DNA from: Vicugna vicugna
Lineage: Eukaryota
Direction of reading: 5' to 3'
Assembly (NCBI GenBank): GCA_013265495.1
Contig: MU057377.1
Coordinates: 526,939-590,938, forward strand
Length of the DNA: 64,000 bases
The notes beneath the pieces were generated by a model. It was not told the origin of the DNA, searched no databases, and saw only the letters and a list, made by a program, of their open reading frames with translations. Every line of letters begins with the position of its first letter. The first letter of the stretch is position 1. Shown in pieces: positions 23,501 to 34,440 of this stretch. The position numbers and the translations under genes are program-made.

Positions 23501-24739
23501 TCCGAGTGCAGTGTGACCGAGGGCAGTTAAAGTACCCGAGGTGCATTCAGAGAGAAAGGTAAGAGAGGCTCGTGCCTGCAGCTGGTTTGTTTTGTTTGTT
23601 TGGTCAGACTTATTCATGAGATTTATTATGTTACACATTTCAGAAATATCACATTCTGCAGTACTCTTCCTTTATGGTTATTAAAAAGGAAAAAGTTATG
23701 TTTTGTTTAACTTTTTAAACCAAGTGAACTCCTAGAAGTATTAATTCAACAAGTTTTCTGAGTTGTCTAAAGTCAAGGCCCTGCTTGCTATTTGACATTT
23801 GTGACACTTTGGCAGTCGGGTAAATAAATCCAGTTATATGAGCAATATTTAATGTGGCAAAACTAACCTATATGTGCTGAGATAAGAGAGAAGCACATTT
23901 TCTCCCACTTCCCAGTCGAGGTTCAGGAATACATAGCAACATAGAAACGTTCTCCTGAAGGAAGAGCATGTTAGTAGCAATGATTAAAACTGTGGTACTT
24001 TGTTTCAGAAACACATTTCTATACAAGATTTTGGACTTTCCTTCTGGAGGGTTTCTCATGTACCAATTTAAAAAGTAATTTTCTACTACTTGATCAATCG
24101 AACATAATCCCTTTCCTTTTTAAGAAAAATATTAAAAGAATGTAGTGAAATAATGTCATTCATTTCATGGGATCATATTTTGATCCTTTTGAAGATACAT
24201 TATAAAATGGAAATTATACTCTGTGTTCAACTAAATATTTTTTAAATGATTTATGGCAAACTGCATATGGTACTTTTCTAGTGGCTATAAACAATGAGCT
24301 TTATGAACTACATAAGGAGGACAGCTTTTTAGAGACTTTGAACACTAGAAAAACTTTATAAGACAAACACAGGTGGAAACTTTTATTTTTAATTTTTAAT
24401 TGTGGTAAAAAGTGTGGTAGAAAAATTTATGTGTTATCTACATGTTTTAGTATATCCTGTCTTTCTCAATTCTTAGAGAAAAAGAAGTAAGTAACTTAGA
24501 CAAAAATTAAAATGTTATTGTAGTTAATTATAATGAGTTTTAAAAAGAAATTGGTGGTATAATTTACTAAGGATGGTTACTTGCTTTTGTCAGTACTTCC
24601 TTAAAACAAGGACTAATTATCTGAAATGTTGAAGGGCTAAGATTGTAATAAATACTTGATCAAAAATGATGTTTATTTCAACTCCTCCCTTTCTTTCCTA
24701 TCAAGGATGTTGTCTTATCAAGAACCCTTAAAGACATAA
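5505..24739 (+). CDS. F13B: Coagulation factor XIII B chain, complete 12-exon gene (signal peptide + 10 sushi/CCP domains)
   Basis: Exons 5505-5568, 11473-11673, 13485-13670, 14432-14608, 14974-15150, 17733-17912, 18001-18186, 19063-19245, 20623-20823, 21531-21713, 23345-23558, 24706-24739. All introns GT-AG; total 1986 nt = 661 aa + stop, open frame; N-term MGSKDLAVIILLIISGELYAEEKPCG, C-term LSYQEPLKT*. Confidence 0.97.
10100..10412 (+). mobile_element. L1M-type LINE-1 3' UTR fragment
   Basis: gggggtcaaaaggtacaaacttcc..ttataag, ttgaaagttgctaagagagtaga, cctgaaacta motifs of L1MA/MB 3' ends. Confidence 0.7.
10975..11217. mobile_element. MER3-like hAT-Charlie DNA transposon relic
   Basis: ctgtccaata...gccactagtcacatgtggct...gtggcttgttatatttctattag..agtgctg pattern. 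Confidence 0.6.
11473..11673 (+). CDS. F13B: F13B exon 2 (sushi 1)
   Basis: tttcag|AG AAA CCC TGT GGT; KPCGFPSVENGRIAQYYYTF...WYPEPRCF; donor gtaagt; 201 nt. Confidence 0.95.
13485..13670 (+). CDS. F13B: F13B exon 3 (sushi 2)
   Basis: KCPKPDLRNGYIF...GWSSQPACRKEH; 186 nt; ag/gt flanks. Confidence 0.95.
14432..14608 (+). CDS. F13B: F13B exon 4 (sushi 3)
   Basis: MCLAPELHHGNYSTTQKTFRVKDKVRYEC...PPRCA; 177 nt. Confidence 0.95.
14974..15150 (+). CDS. F13B: F13B exon 5 (sushi 4)
   Basis: LKCSSLRLIENGYFHPVKQTYEEGDVVQFFC...WYPESPVCE; 177 nt; absent from the ORF track, read directly. Confidence 0.95.
16366..16881 (+). mobile_element. MaLR (MLT1-type) solo LTR
   Basis: Starts TG; cctaacccctggaacc, gggactttgcagacgtg, gacttt..ctcccagagctgtaagagaatagatttgtg, tttgtcacggcagcc...aaca. 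Confidence 0.75.
17733..17912 (+). CDS. F13B: F13B exon 6 (sushi 5)
   Basis: RRSRCAPPPLPANSSVQAHAATYRHG...CENGKWTEPPRCV; 180 nt; donor gtcagc. Confidence 0.92.
18001..18186 (+). CDS. F13B: F13B exon 7 (sushi 6)
   Basis: ACGEPPFVENAAAQPSSGRFHGGDKVTYAC...WTAPPACA; 186 nt; preceded by an 88-nt intron. Confidence 0.92.
19063..19245 (+). CDS. F13B: F13B exon 8 (sushi 7)
   Basis: NTENCNAPPVVINGAV...GSSVEYRCNEYYLLRG...WSPPPVCL; 183 nt. Confidence 0.95.
19651..19768 (-). mobile_element. tRNA-derived SINE (Vic-1-like)
   Basis: Reverse-strand A/B boxes (ggggattgaacccagg; gagctgtaccctcccc). Confidence 0.75.
20623..20823 (+). CDS. F13B: F13B exon 9 (sushi 8)
   Basis: PCTVNVDDMHRSNLEMKWQYEGKILHGDLIDFVCKQGY...KYPLCVRK; 201 nt. 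Confidence 0.95.
21531..21713 (+). CDS. F13B: F13B exon 10 (sushi 9)
   Basis: TCASPPLIKNGVI...YENGSSVEYRCF...WTAPPLCL; 183 nt. Confidence 0.95.
   Translation, partial: NLKERVRLPHLLRMESSRGQRRAPMKTAPPWSTGVSNTISCRGPGRPTAQRARGRRRRCA
23060..23185 (-). mobile_element. tRNA-derived SINE (Vic-1-like)
   Basis: aattaggtttatttgtttg...ggggatcgaacccaggacctc...ctgagctttaccctccc. Confidence 0.78.
23345..23558 (+). CDS. F13B: F13B exon 11 (sushi 10)
   Basis: PCTLSLITMENNNLLLKWNFDDRPYIFHGEYVEFLC...QCDRGQLKYPRCI; 214 nt. Confidence 0.95.
24706..24739 (+). CDS. F13B: F13B exon 12 coding part
   Basis: tcaag|G ATG TTG TCT TAT CAA GAA CCC TTA AAG ACA TAA. Confidence 0.93.
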
Positions 24740-24899
24740 AAATGAATGGCAGAAAGAAGAATAGTATGTCAGCACATCACAAAATCCCTTATAAGACATA
24801 ATTGTTAGAAGAAAAATGTTGAATTAAAAACCTCTAAGTTTTCGCTTGCTTGAAGAGTTGAATCTAACGTGTTTATGCTGAACATTTTCTTTATTTATA

Positions 24900-24905
24900 A
24901 ATAAA
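24900..24905 (+). terminator. F13B polyadenylation signal
   Basis: AATAAA about 160 nt after the stop, followed by GT/T-rich sequence. Confidence 0.7.
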
Positions 24906-27444
24906 AGGCAGAACATGTTGTTTCATTTTTGGTCTGGATAATTTGACATGCGACCTAATCTTTGTTACATGTCTTTGATCTATTAAAAAATCGACCTGCA
25001 CATCAAAATATTTCTGGTTCCTAATGCCCACTCACTGGACTATACTGTTGTCGTGAATATCTGTGCAAAAATTCACATTTGACCTTATTGTCTTCACTAA
25101 TGTTAGCATCTTCTGCTACCTTCAACTTAATATTTATGTCAACACCAAAGAACCAAGCACACTTGGGCTGAGAAACTGTACGTTATGTTGCAGGACTTAT
25201 TTTATTAAATTCAGAAGAGACTGCCCTTCAGACTTCCTACGTGTAAAGAACTTTTGAAATTAACTGTTCTGTTAGTGCCAAGGCTAATAATCAAACTGTC
25301 CGTGAGTTAGCAAACCATCCTGAAATGAGATGCTTACAGGGGTTTTCACAAAGACACCACTGACTGCAGTGAGGACGGACGGGGCCGAAGGAGCAAAGTG
25401 CAGGCTGGGGGAAAAAGCTTAGGGAAATCATCATCCAAGGAAGACATGACAGCATTCCCACTGCGGGGGCGGGGGCGGGGCTGGTGCTAGGCAGCCTGGC
25501 GCAAGAGAGACTTAGGATGTGAAATCGTCACAGATGATTAGATGGGGTGGGAGGTGAGGTGGAGGACTGAGGTTTCTGGCTTGACTAAGGGGATGGGACG
25601 CCCACTGACGCGTGACAGGAGGAGCTGGCGGAAGACATGATGTGCGGGAGCGGGGGTTAGCACGAAGATGTTAGTTTCAGAAAGGTTCTGTTTAAGCTGT
25701 TTGTGGGGCGGTCAAGTAAACGTTATGAAGCAAGCCGTTGACGCCTGTGATCAGAGCTGTGGTCAACCACCCAGATTACCCTCAGAAACAAGACATAGCT
25801 CTCAGCTGCTGGGAGCTCTCCATGGTCGGCTCCGGAGGAGATGGCCTCATGGAAGAGAACCTTTTCTCCCAAGGTTATAACCTCTTTCCAGGGTGCCTGC
25901 ACCAATGGCTGGTCAACAGGCATTATAAAGACCCCACACTCCAACACAGGACAGCCCAGCTCGAGCTCCCCGGAGAGCTGGCTGATACCACTGGTTGAAA
26001 CTTCATTGCAGCTCACCCTCTCTTACCTGCTTCCTTCCTCTCCCATCCACAGGTGTGGATTCTAATAGTCCTCCCTGAAAACCTCCCTGGCTCTTAATTT
26101 CCATCGCAAAGCCTGTTTTCCTGGGAACCCAATGTGTTGCTTTTTAGAGAACTTTATGTTGCAGGACAGTTTTTATCACGGTGACTATGGAAGCACACTT
26201 TGCTTAGGTGATGTGCCGTCCTTGTGGGACAGGGTTGCTGTGACAAAGATGAAAGGGTGGCTAACCCAGGGATGCCCCTAGGGCGATCCAAAGCTCAGAG
26301 TGGCGTGGCCCGCTTCTGCACAGGGAAACTTTAATTTTTCAAAGGGAAGTTAAGAATTCATAGACAGCTGTCTATTTCTTTGTAAAAAAAAAAGATCAAA
26401 ACATTGGAGAACATCACACATTAAAACTGGATTCAGGGCAACTCAGCATGATTTCTTCGGAGGAAAAATGGAGAAAACGGGAAGAGTAAAAAGTCAAATA
26501 TAAACTGGGCAGGTTGCCTAATACTTCTTCTCAAACGCAAATTGAAGACCAGTTATTAGACAATAGGCTGGTTTCAATCTGACAGAGATTTTAACTTGTT
26601 TTTATATATGTTCAAAAATAACTTGAGAGAAAAATAAGAATTCAGTTATGTATTTATTTAGCAACAAGTCATTTTTTTATAACCAGATATCATAAGAATT
26701 CCAAGTTTTAAATTGATTTTTTCCCCAAATATAAGAGCTACTTGTCAGCATTGTAAACAGCTCAAACAATACAAATGTAAATAGAATAAAGAAAGAAAAT
26801 TTTCTTTATTCTTCCCAACACGCTGGATCTATTTCCTCAGTTCAGAGATTAGCCCTGAAAATAATTTGCTCCATGTCTTTCAGACGTAAATATACCCACT
26901 TCAGTGTGTATTTATATACACACATGCATATTTTAATTTATATATATGAAGTGAGATATATAAATATTATATATCATAGTGTGTATACTGTTCTAAGACT
27001 TTCATTTTTACCTATCACCTACAGACCTGTCACCTTATCAGTTTATGTGGATTGATCTATTCTCTGATTGATGGACTTCGCAATCGTTTTATCTTCCTCA
27101 CTTCCCTCCTTCCTTCCTCGCTCATAGGTTGTAAGTGGAAATCAAATAAAAATAATGTAAAGCTGAAATGAAATAGTAGAATCCTAAATATATTTAAAAG
27201 AACAAATGTAAACACCAAAAAAGATCTTAATATTCAATAAGCTTAGATGTTGGAGGAGAGGGAGGGGAGGAGAAGGAAGAAGTCGTGAGCCCATATTGTT
27301 TCCCAGGAGAGGAACAGACAGATGTTGCCCCAAAGTTGAGGTATTAGTAAAAGAATTAGCATAAAGATGACTCTTCTCTTACCTCTCAGGAAATTCCAAG
27401 GGTTTGGAGAGCTATGAGCCAGGAACTGTGGATAAAAACCAAAA

Positions 27445-27698
27445 CAGAAAGACATAGAAAACAAACAGAAGAAGAAAGTGGGTAGGGAGGGATAAATTGG
27501 GAATTTGGGATTTGCAGATATTAACTACTAAATGTAAAATAATAAACAGCAGGGAACTATCATCAGCACCTTATAATAGCCTCTAATGAAAAGAATATGA
27601 GAAGAAATACAGGTACGTATGTGTAACTGAGCCACTAAGCTGTGCACCAAAAGCTAACACAACATTGTAAGTAGGCTATACTTCAATTAAAAAAAAAA
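27445..27698 (+). mobile_element. LINE-1 3' end inserted in a probable MER21-like LTR fragment (about 27370-27770)
   Basis: L1 3' motifs ending in cttcaattaaaaaaaaaa; flanked by ctcaggaaattccaaggg...gccaggaactg and gaccaaat motifs of MER21-type LTRs. Confidence 0.6.
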
Positions 27699-29199
27699 CG
27701 ACAAATACGTATTTCTCATACATTTTTGGTCATCTGAATGACCAAATGTGTATTTTTCCTGTGACTAACACAAGCCCACTGTAGGACGCACACGAGTGAG
27801 CCCCAGCGTGAGCGTGGATGTTGCGCTGCCCTTGCCCCCTCATGCAGCAAGTACCCCGTCTGGGCTGGGAAGTTGGTAGTGAGGGAGGCTGCGGGTGTGG
27901 TGGGAGGCAGGGACTACATGGAAACTCTCCGTACTTTCTGCTGTTTTGCTGTGAGCTGCTTTAGAACATAAAGTTTATCTTTTAAGTGAAAGTAATCTGT
28001 ACGGTACATAGTATGATCAGCTTGTCCATTTTCCGTGCTGGACCGCCACCTAAGAACCCCTGTGGGGCCCAGCGGGTGGAGCGGTCTCTGTCTGGAGCTC
28101 GCCAGATAAAGGTGTTCTTGATCTGTTTTCTGCTGTGGATTCCTGGCAGTTTTGTGAAGCTCCTGGTCCCTTCCCAGAGCAATGTTTTCAAATATAATGA
28201 AACCACAATTACCATATTTAAGTACAGTTGCTATCAAAAGTGTTCAGTGTGTGGTATTTTAATACACCAAACCCTTGCTTGTCCCCCACCCCTAGATTTA
28301 GTGTTAGAAAATCCCCGTCTGATCTGGAGACGTGCCTTTCCAGCGAGAGGACGTTTCCAGCCTCCCTGGAGGCTGGTGGCCGCAGGACTACCCAGCGGTG
28401 AGCTGGTCACCTAAGGGGGCATCAGATTAGGAAAAAGTAAATTTTAACAACAACCAAATGTTTGTAGATTATGTTTTGAAATGTATAATTAATGTATATA
28501 TATAGTTGCATTTTAATAGAAAGCTTTTAGAAAGATTATGATTTTCTGTGGTTCTTCCACATTGTGGGCATAAGAGAAAAATATAAACATAGATTTAAAA
28601 TGGTGGAATGTTCATAAATTTGGAGTGTTTGTAACCACTGCTAGCTGAATGAGGAAAGGAGGAAAAAGGGCCATTTACCACATAGAACAGCTTAGCATGG
28701 CCTTGCTCCGTGTGCAGTCACTACTGTGGACACTACGTGTGTTAGAGACAGACAGTCAAGACTCTCCAGCTGAACTGCTGGGTCCACGTTTATCGTCCCC
28801 ACCTAACAGGCTGTGTGACCTTGGAAAGTGTAACTAGTTTTCTAGTGTATGAACTAGGAGTAACAACTTGACGAAGATGTTGTAAGGTTTTATACAGCTT
28901 ATACTTAATAAGGTGCTAAAAATAGTACTTGGCTAATGTTAACAAAAATTAGCTATTATGGAAAAGAATCTGAAAAAGAATATATATATATATTAAATAT
29001 AGATATATCTGAATCACTTTGTTGTATACCTGAAACATTGTAAATCAACTATACTTCAATAAAAAGACTAAACATTTTTAAATTAGCTATTTAGATTATT
29101 GCATAATCTTATTTTATCCTAAAATATTCATCAGGTTGATGTTTTATTAGTCCATAAAAAAGATTATGACTATTAATTAATATATTTTTCTACTTTCAG

Positions 29200-29394
29200 A
29201 TCCATATATAATATCTGAAGAAAACATGAATAAAAATCACATACAGTTAAAGCTGAAAATGACAAAAAATATTATGCAAAAACAGAGGAAATCATCGACT
29301 TTACGCATAATTGGGGTGTAGCGCAGATACGTTAATGCCACCATTTCGAGCAGTGTGTTGGGAAGGGGTGGGGGGCTGCCCCAGGTGTGTGTAA
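29200..29394 (+). pseudogene. Decayed complement factor H-related (CFHR3/CFHR4-type) terminal exon
   Basis: Acceptor tttcag at 29199, then DPYIISEENMNKNHIQLK / ENDKKYYAKTEEIIDFTH / LGCSADTLMPPFRAVCWEGVGGCPRCV* across two frameshifts. Matches the last SCR of CFHR4 (..CIITEENMNKNNIQLK..KYYAKTGDTIEFMCKLGY..FQAVCREGIVEYPRCE, from memory). Cys1>Tyr, Cys2>His; AATAAA at 29506-29511. Confidence 0.85.
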
Positions 29395-29809
29395 ACAGGC
29401 ACTGCCACCCAAATGTGAGGCCACCGCCCAGCCGGCCACCACGCTAACTCTCTTGCTAAGACCACTTTTGATATTTTTCTGCTGTTCACTACTTTATTTC
29501 AAGAAAATAAAACTGACATGAGTTTCTTTTTTCAACTTTGTATCTTCTCATGCTTATGTTAAAACAAATTAAACCATTAAACTTTGTACCAAGACGATAT
29601 TAACTATTTTTACCTTAGTCCCTGATACTAGACTACTTATCAACAGACTAATGAGCTCAGGAATGGTGGTGATGACTCTATGGCCTTCTCCATATTGAAC
29701 AGTACATTTAGACATTCAGACAAAACCAGTGAGCTTAGAATTTATTTGGGGAAATATTGCAAACATAAAATTAGGTATTAAAATAGCAAGTGAGAACATC
29801 CACACTGGG

Positions 29810-30957
29810 GCCTAGAAGAAGAAGGACGATCCAGTCCCGAAGTTAGCAGAAGGAAGGGAAGAGCAAAGACCAGGCAGAAGTAAATGCAATCATCATAGGT
29901 TACAAAATTGAGACTTGCTTTTTTAAAAAGATAAAATCAGCAAATCTTTAGCTAGACTAAGAAAAAAGATTTAAATACATAAAATCAGAAATAGAAGTGG
30001 CAACAGATATAACAGAAATACAGCAGCGCATAAGAGATTACTGTAAACAATTACATACCAACAAATTGGATGACCTAAAAGAAATGCATAAACTCCTAGA
30101 AAAATATGACCTAGAATCGCAAATAAATAGAAAATCTGAACAGACCAATAACAAATCAGGGTTTGAATTAGTAATCAAAATCTTCCAACAAAAAAATGCC
30201 CAGAACCAGATGGTTTCCCTGGTGAACTCCACCAAACATTTAGAGAAGAATTAATGTCAACCCTTCTCGAACTCTTCTGAAATACTGAAGAGAAGGGAAG
30301 GCTTCGAAACTTATTTTGAGGCCAGCATCACTCTAATATGAAAGCCAAATAAACGATGCTACAACAAAGAAAACTTAAAACCTAATTCCACTGATAAACG
30401 TAGATGCAAAAATCCTCACAAAATACTAGCAAACCAAGTTCAAGAGCACACCAGGAGGACCACTCACACTGATCAGGTGGGTTTGTTCACAGGTCGCTAG
30501 TTTGGTTTGAATATGCATATCAATACGTGTGACACACCATAACAACAGAGTCAAGGGTAAATATCATATGATACTCTCACCAGATGCAAAAAAGCACTTA
30601 AGTTTCAACATTTTTTCATGATAAAAATTCTCAAAAAATTAAATATAGAAGGAATGCACCTCGACATAATAACAATAATAAAAAAAAGCCCACAGCTACC
30701 ACCACACTTAACGGCAAAAGGTTAGAAGCATTTCCTTTAAGATCAGGAACAAGACAAGGGTGCCCACTCTCACCACTTCTATTTGACGTAGTACCAGAAG
30801 TGCTTGCCAGAGCAGTTAGGCAAGAAAAAGAAATAAAAGTCGTCCAAATCAGAAAGGAAGAGGTTAACTTGTCTGTTTGCAGATGACAAAATCTTATATA
30901 GAGAAAATCTTAAAGATTCCACCAAATAACTGTTAGAACTAATACACCAATTCAGTG
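29810..30957 (+). mobile_element. Degenerate LINE-1 ORF2 (reverse-transcriptase region) fragment
   Basis: ATDITEIQ..IRDY.KQL..NKLDDLKEM; tttaagatcaggaacaagacaagggtgcccactctcaccact; ctgtttgcagatgac (FADD); many stops and frameshifts. Confidence 0.9.
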
Positions 30958-31039
30958 TCCTTAAATGTGCTGTGGAACTGCTAAAAGATTTTGCTGCGAG
31001 TGATGATACACTGTACCCTAAAAATACCAGTTTTCAACA

Positions 31040-31450
31040 CAGATGGACCTAGAGATCATCATTCTAAGGGAAGTCAGCCAGAAAGAGAAAAATTCCATAT
31101 GATATCACTCATATGTGGAATCTTAAAAAAGAAAAAGAAAATAAAGGTCAGCATGAACTCACCTACAAAACAGAAACAGACTCGCAGACATAGTAAACAA
31201 TCTTATGGTTACCAAGGAAAGGGGGTGGGAAAGGATAAATTTGGGAGTCTGAGATTTGCAACTGTTAGCCACTATATATAAAAATAGATTTTAAAAAGTT
31301 TCTTCTGTGTAACAGGGAACTATATTCAATGTCTTGTAATAACCTTTAATGGAAAAGAATATGAAAACGAATACATGTATGTATATACATGACTGGGACA
31401 TTGTGCTGCCCACCAGAAACTGACACATTGCAACCGACTGTACTTCATGA
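31040..31450 (+). mobile_element. LINE-1 3' end
   Basis: atggacctagagatcatcattctaag...catatgatatcactcatatgtggaatc...tgacacattg...tacttca. Confidence 0.8.
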
Positions 31451-32339
31451 ACAAATACATCAGTTTTATCAATATCAGGAGCACTGTTTAAGGTCTTACC
31501 AAGGAAAGTAGGGGCCTGTCTTGGGATTCAAGAAAATTTGGCTAAGGGAGAAAAAGGAGAGTCAAGGACTTCTTCAGCATCCTGTTAAATACCTAAGTGG
31601 CTGCCACTTTCTCACCTGCCCAAGTGGAGTCATCTGGAGATGTTTGTCTCCCTAAACCACTTCCCACTATGATCTACTGAATTCAACAGTGTCACTGCGT
31701 GTGGATTTTTCCAAGCTCTGCTATGAAGACATTTCCCTCCAGGAGAGGAACAGAGGAGGATGGGAGCAGCCAATTTTTTTTTAACTGTATAAATATTTCT
31801 CAACAGTATGCTCTTTGACCAATTTTCAGAAGCTATAAATGCTTATTTTTTAAAAATAATTTTGCCCAGTTTTATTTCCACCTTTTGGGGAGAGACTATA
31901 TGAAATTCCTCATGTAGCCAGTCTTAAAGCCCCTCCTAAATAAATTGATTTTGAAATATAATTTTTTCAAAAATTTCACAAAGTATTATTCGGCAAAATT
32001 ATTCTTGACTAGATTTAAAAAAAAACTAGAAAAATACAAAGACGATGAAGAGGGAACCTAATACTTAGTGCCCCTTGAAGAGGAATTTATAATAATCACA
32101 AGACTGGGGCTGTGTTGGAATGAGGACCGAAGACCTGCACTTGGCTGTCTTCTGAAAAAGCTGACTCCCTGGTCAGCAAGAGGACAAGGGGCTCCACCTC
32201 TCCTCCTCAATGGTCCATTTCTGAATGCTTCCAAATCAGACGCTTAGTAACTGCAACAGCAAAGAAGGTGCATGGCTATTACCATGCTCAAATATCAAGT
32301 GATGAATTCAGATTATTAATGTGAAAACATGATAAGACA

Positions 32340-32585
32340 TTATTTAATTATTTCACACTACCCTCTGTGAACTTTGATATTTACCAAAAGGATTTCGTTA
32401 CACTAGCTTTCTGGTAGTGCACTGGATTCAAAGTCATGCTTATAACTGTAAATGAAAGCAGGATTCCAATCAACACTACGACTGCTGGACCATTTATAAT
32501 TACACACAACTGCAATAATCTAGCCTGTTGCTCTTAATTCATGTCCTTCTAATATGGATTTCTACTGTTGGGGGACAAGGTAAGT
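32340..32585 (+). pseudogene. Orphan CFHR (CFHR1/2/5-type) promoter and exon 1 with ATG>CTG
   Basis: 32525-32579 reads (CTG)LLLIHVLLIWISTVGGQ G|gtaagt, matching CFHR5 MLLLFSVILISWVSTVGGE (from memory). 5'UTR-like aactgtaaatgaaagcaggattc; HNF4-like TGAACTTTG 32368-32376; FOXA-like TATTTAC 32378-32384. No downstream SCR exons found before ASPM. Confidence 0.82.
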
Positions 32586-33029
32586 TGAAAACATGAAAAC
32601 AGATCTGAATATTTAGTTCCTCTCTCAAATGGGTGTACATCCATTTTTCAATGTGGTGAGAACATTGTGAATGAAGGATCATCATTTTAATGTATTTGTA
32701 TGAAAATATTTCTAGGGAAAACAGAATGAAATTAATTTTCTCTGCTCTTTGAGTTATAAAGAATAAATAGCCACCAAACACATTTGGAGAAAAATTAAAT
32801 GATGAAAAATCTGCATATAATGAAACTGAAAGGGCAAAGTACCAGTGTAATTCTGCACAAATCCTGCAATGCCACTAACCGGGAAAAGCATCCCAAGAAA
32901 ATTCGAAGACCTTCAAAATGTTTGGATATCTCAGATTTGTTAATTTAAGATTTAAATATTCTTAAAACCAGGAATTTTCTACTCTAATTTAATTACCATT
33001 TAACAAAGAAAGTTTCTTATTTATTCATT

Positions 33030-33610
33030 ATTTTTTAATTAAAATATAGTTCATGTACAATAGTGTGTTAGTTCCAGGCATACTACATAGTGATGGGGTA
33101 TTTGCATACAGTCATTTGCATAAGTGATCACCACACAAGTCTAGTAACCATCTGTCCCCAAATTATTACAATATTATTGTTCATATTCCTTATGCTGTAT
33201 ATTACACCCTTATGGCTTATTTATCTTATAGCTGGAGGTTTGCACCTCTTAATCCTCTTCATCTACTTCACACCCCCCAATGGCAACCAATCACTCTTTA
33301 GCTTTCTGTATCTGTGAGTCTGTTTTCATTCTGTTTTGTTTTTTAGATTCCACATGAGGTCATACAATATTGGTCTTTCCTTGTCTGACTTAGTTCACTT
33401 AGCATAATACCTGCTAGCTTCACCCACGTTGTCACAAATGACAAGATTACATTTTTTATGGCTGAGTAATATTCACATATATGTTTATGTATATTTCATG
33501 TTCTCTGTCCATTCATCTACCAGTGGGCACTTAGGCTGCTTCCACATCACACCTATTGTAAAGGCTGCTGCAGTGAACACAGGGGTGAAAATATCTTTTT
33601 GAACTATTGT
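33030..33610 (-). mobile_element. LINE-1 3' end (L1MA-type), antisense
   Basis: tagattccacat..gaggtcatac..tttccttgtctgacttagttcacttagcataatacc..tttttatggctgagtaatattc. Confidence 0.8.
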
Positions 33611-33829
33611 CTCATTTAATAAAACAATATAGTATATCCTTATTTTTATATGTAATAAAACCAGTGAAATATCAATAAGTTATTTGCCTTTTCTAAGTTT
33701 TTCAACAAATGTTGAAAGTGGAGAGAAATTGTACCTCACTTCCTCATCAACACTATAAAGTATGTCTCATAATATTTTAAAAATTGTTTCTTGTTTCTCC
33801 TTATTTCCTATTGAAATAAAACCTGTCAT

Positions 33830-34440
33830 ATTCATCTAATTGCAAATGAAGCCTCTAGCAAGGTCTGCCGGAACTACTTGTTCCGGGGACTCCCGCGTCT
33901 CTCCCCTGCTCAGCTCCGGCTGCCTATTTTCACTTCCATTTGGTGGAGACAGAAACTTGCATTTGAGATGAGCTGATGAGCTCCAGCACCAGGCTGCCCA
34001 CTGGACACGCACCAGGCATCCTCCTTCTGTGGCCAGTTGATTCGGACATGCGTCGGCCACTGAGGACTGTTGTGAGCAGCGCTTGGGTGAGGGGTGTGCT
34101 TTTGGATCAGTTGGTTCTGACGTGCGTGTGCCCCTGAGGGCCCTCTGCATTTAACAGAGTGCCTGATTATAGACTGATGAGAGCCCAGACTAGGCAGTCT
34201 GACGGCGTGCTTTGTTCTCTGTGCTCCGTGTTGATCTGTGGCTGTCACTCTCCCTGGGGAAATGGGAAATTCTGGTTCCATCCGTGAAACCATCTTGGAT
34301 GAATTCTGACTGGAAAGCTTTTAGCTATGAGCCTATCACTAAGAAAAAGATACTTTATTGTAACACTGTGTGGCCACAACATTCTTTAGACTCCAGAGAA
34401 AACTGGTTAAGGTGAAACTCTCGAAAATTCCACACTTTAT
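33830..34440 (+). mobile_element. Class I ERV (ERV1) leader/gag-matrix relic
   Basis: ATG GGA AAT (MGN) at 34262 and, in another frame, WKAFSYEPITKKKILYCNTVWPQHSLDSRENW, resembling the gammaretroviral MA motif (KKKLIFFCNTAWPQY.L...E.W). Frameshifted. Confidence 0.65.

Noticed and set aside
27718..27753. Inverted repeat atacatttttggtcat-ctga-atgaccaaatgtgtat as a possible fold-back centre of the inversion
   Set aside because: Short, appears to be internal to a MER21-like LTR fragment, and the flanks show no extended mirror homology.
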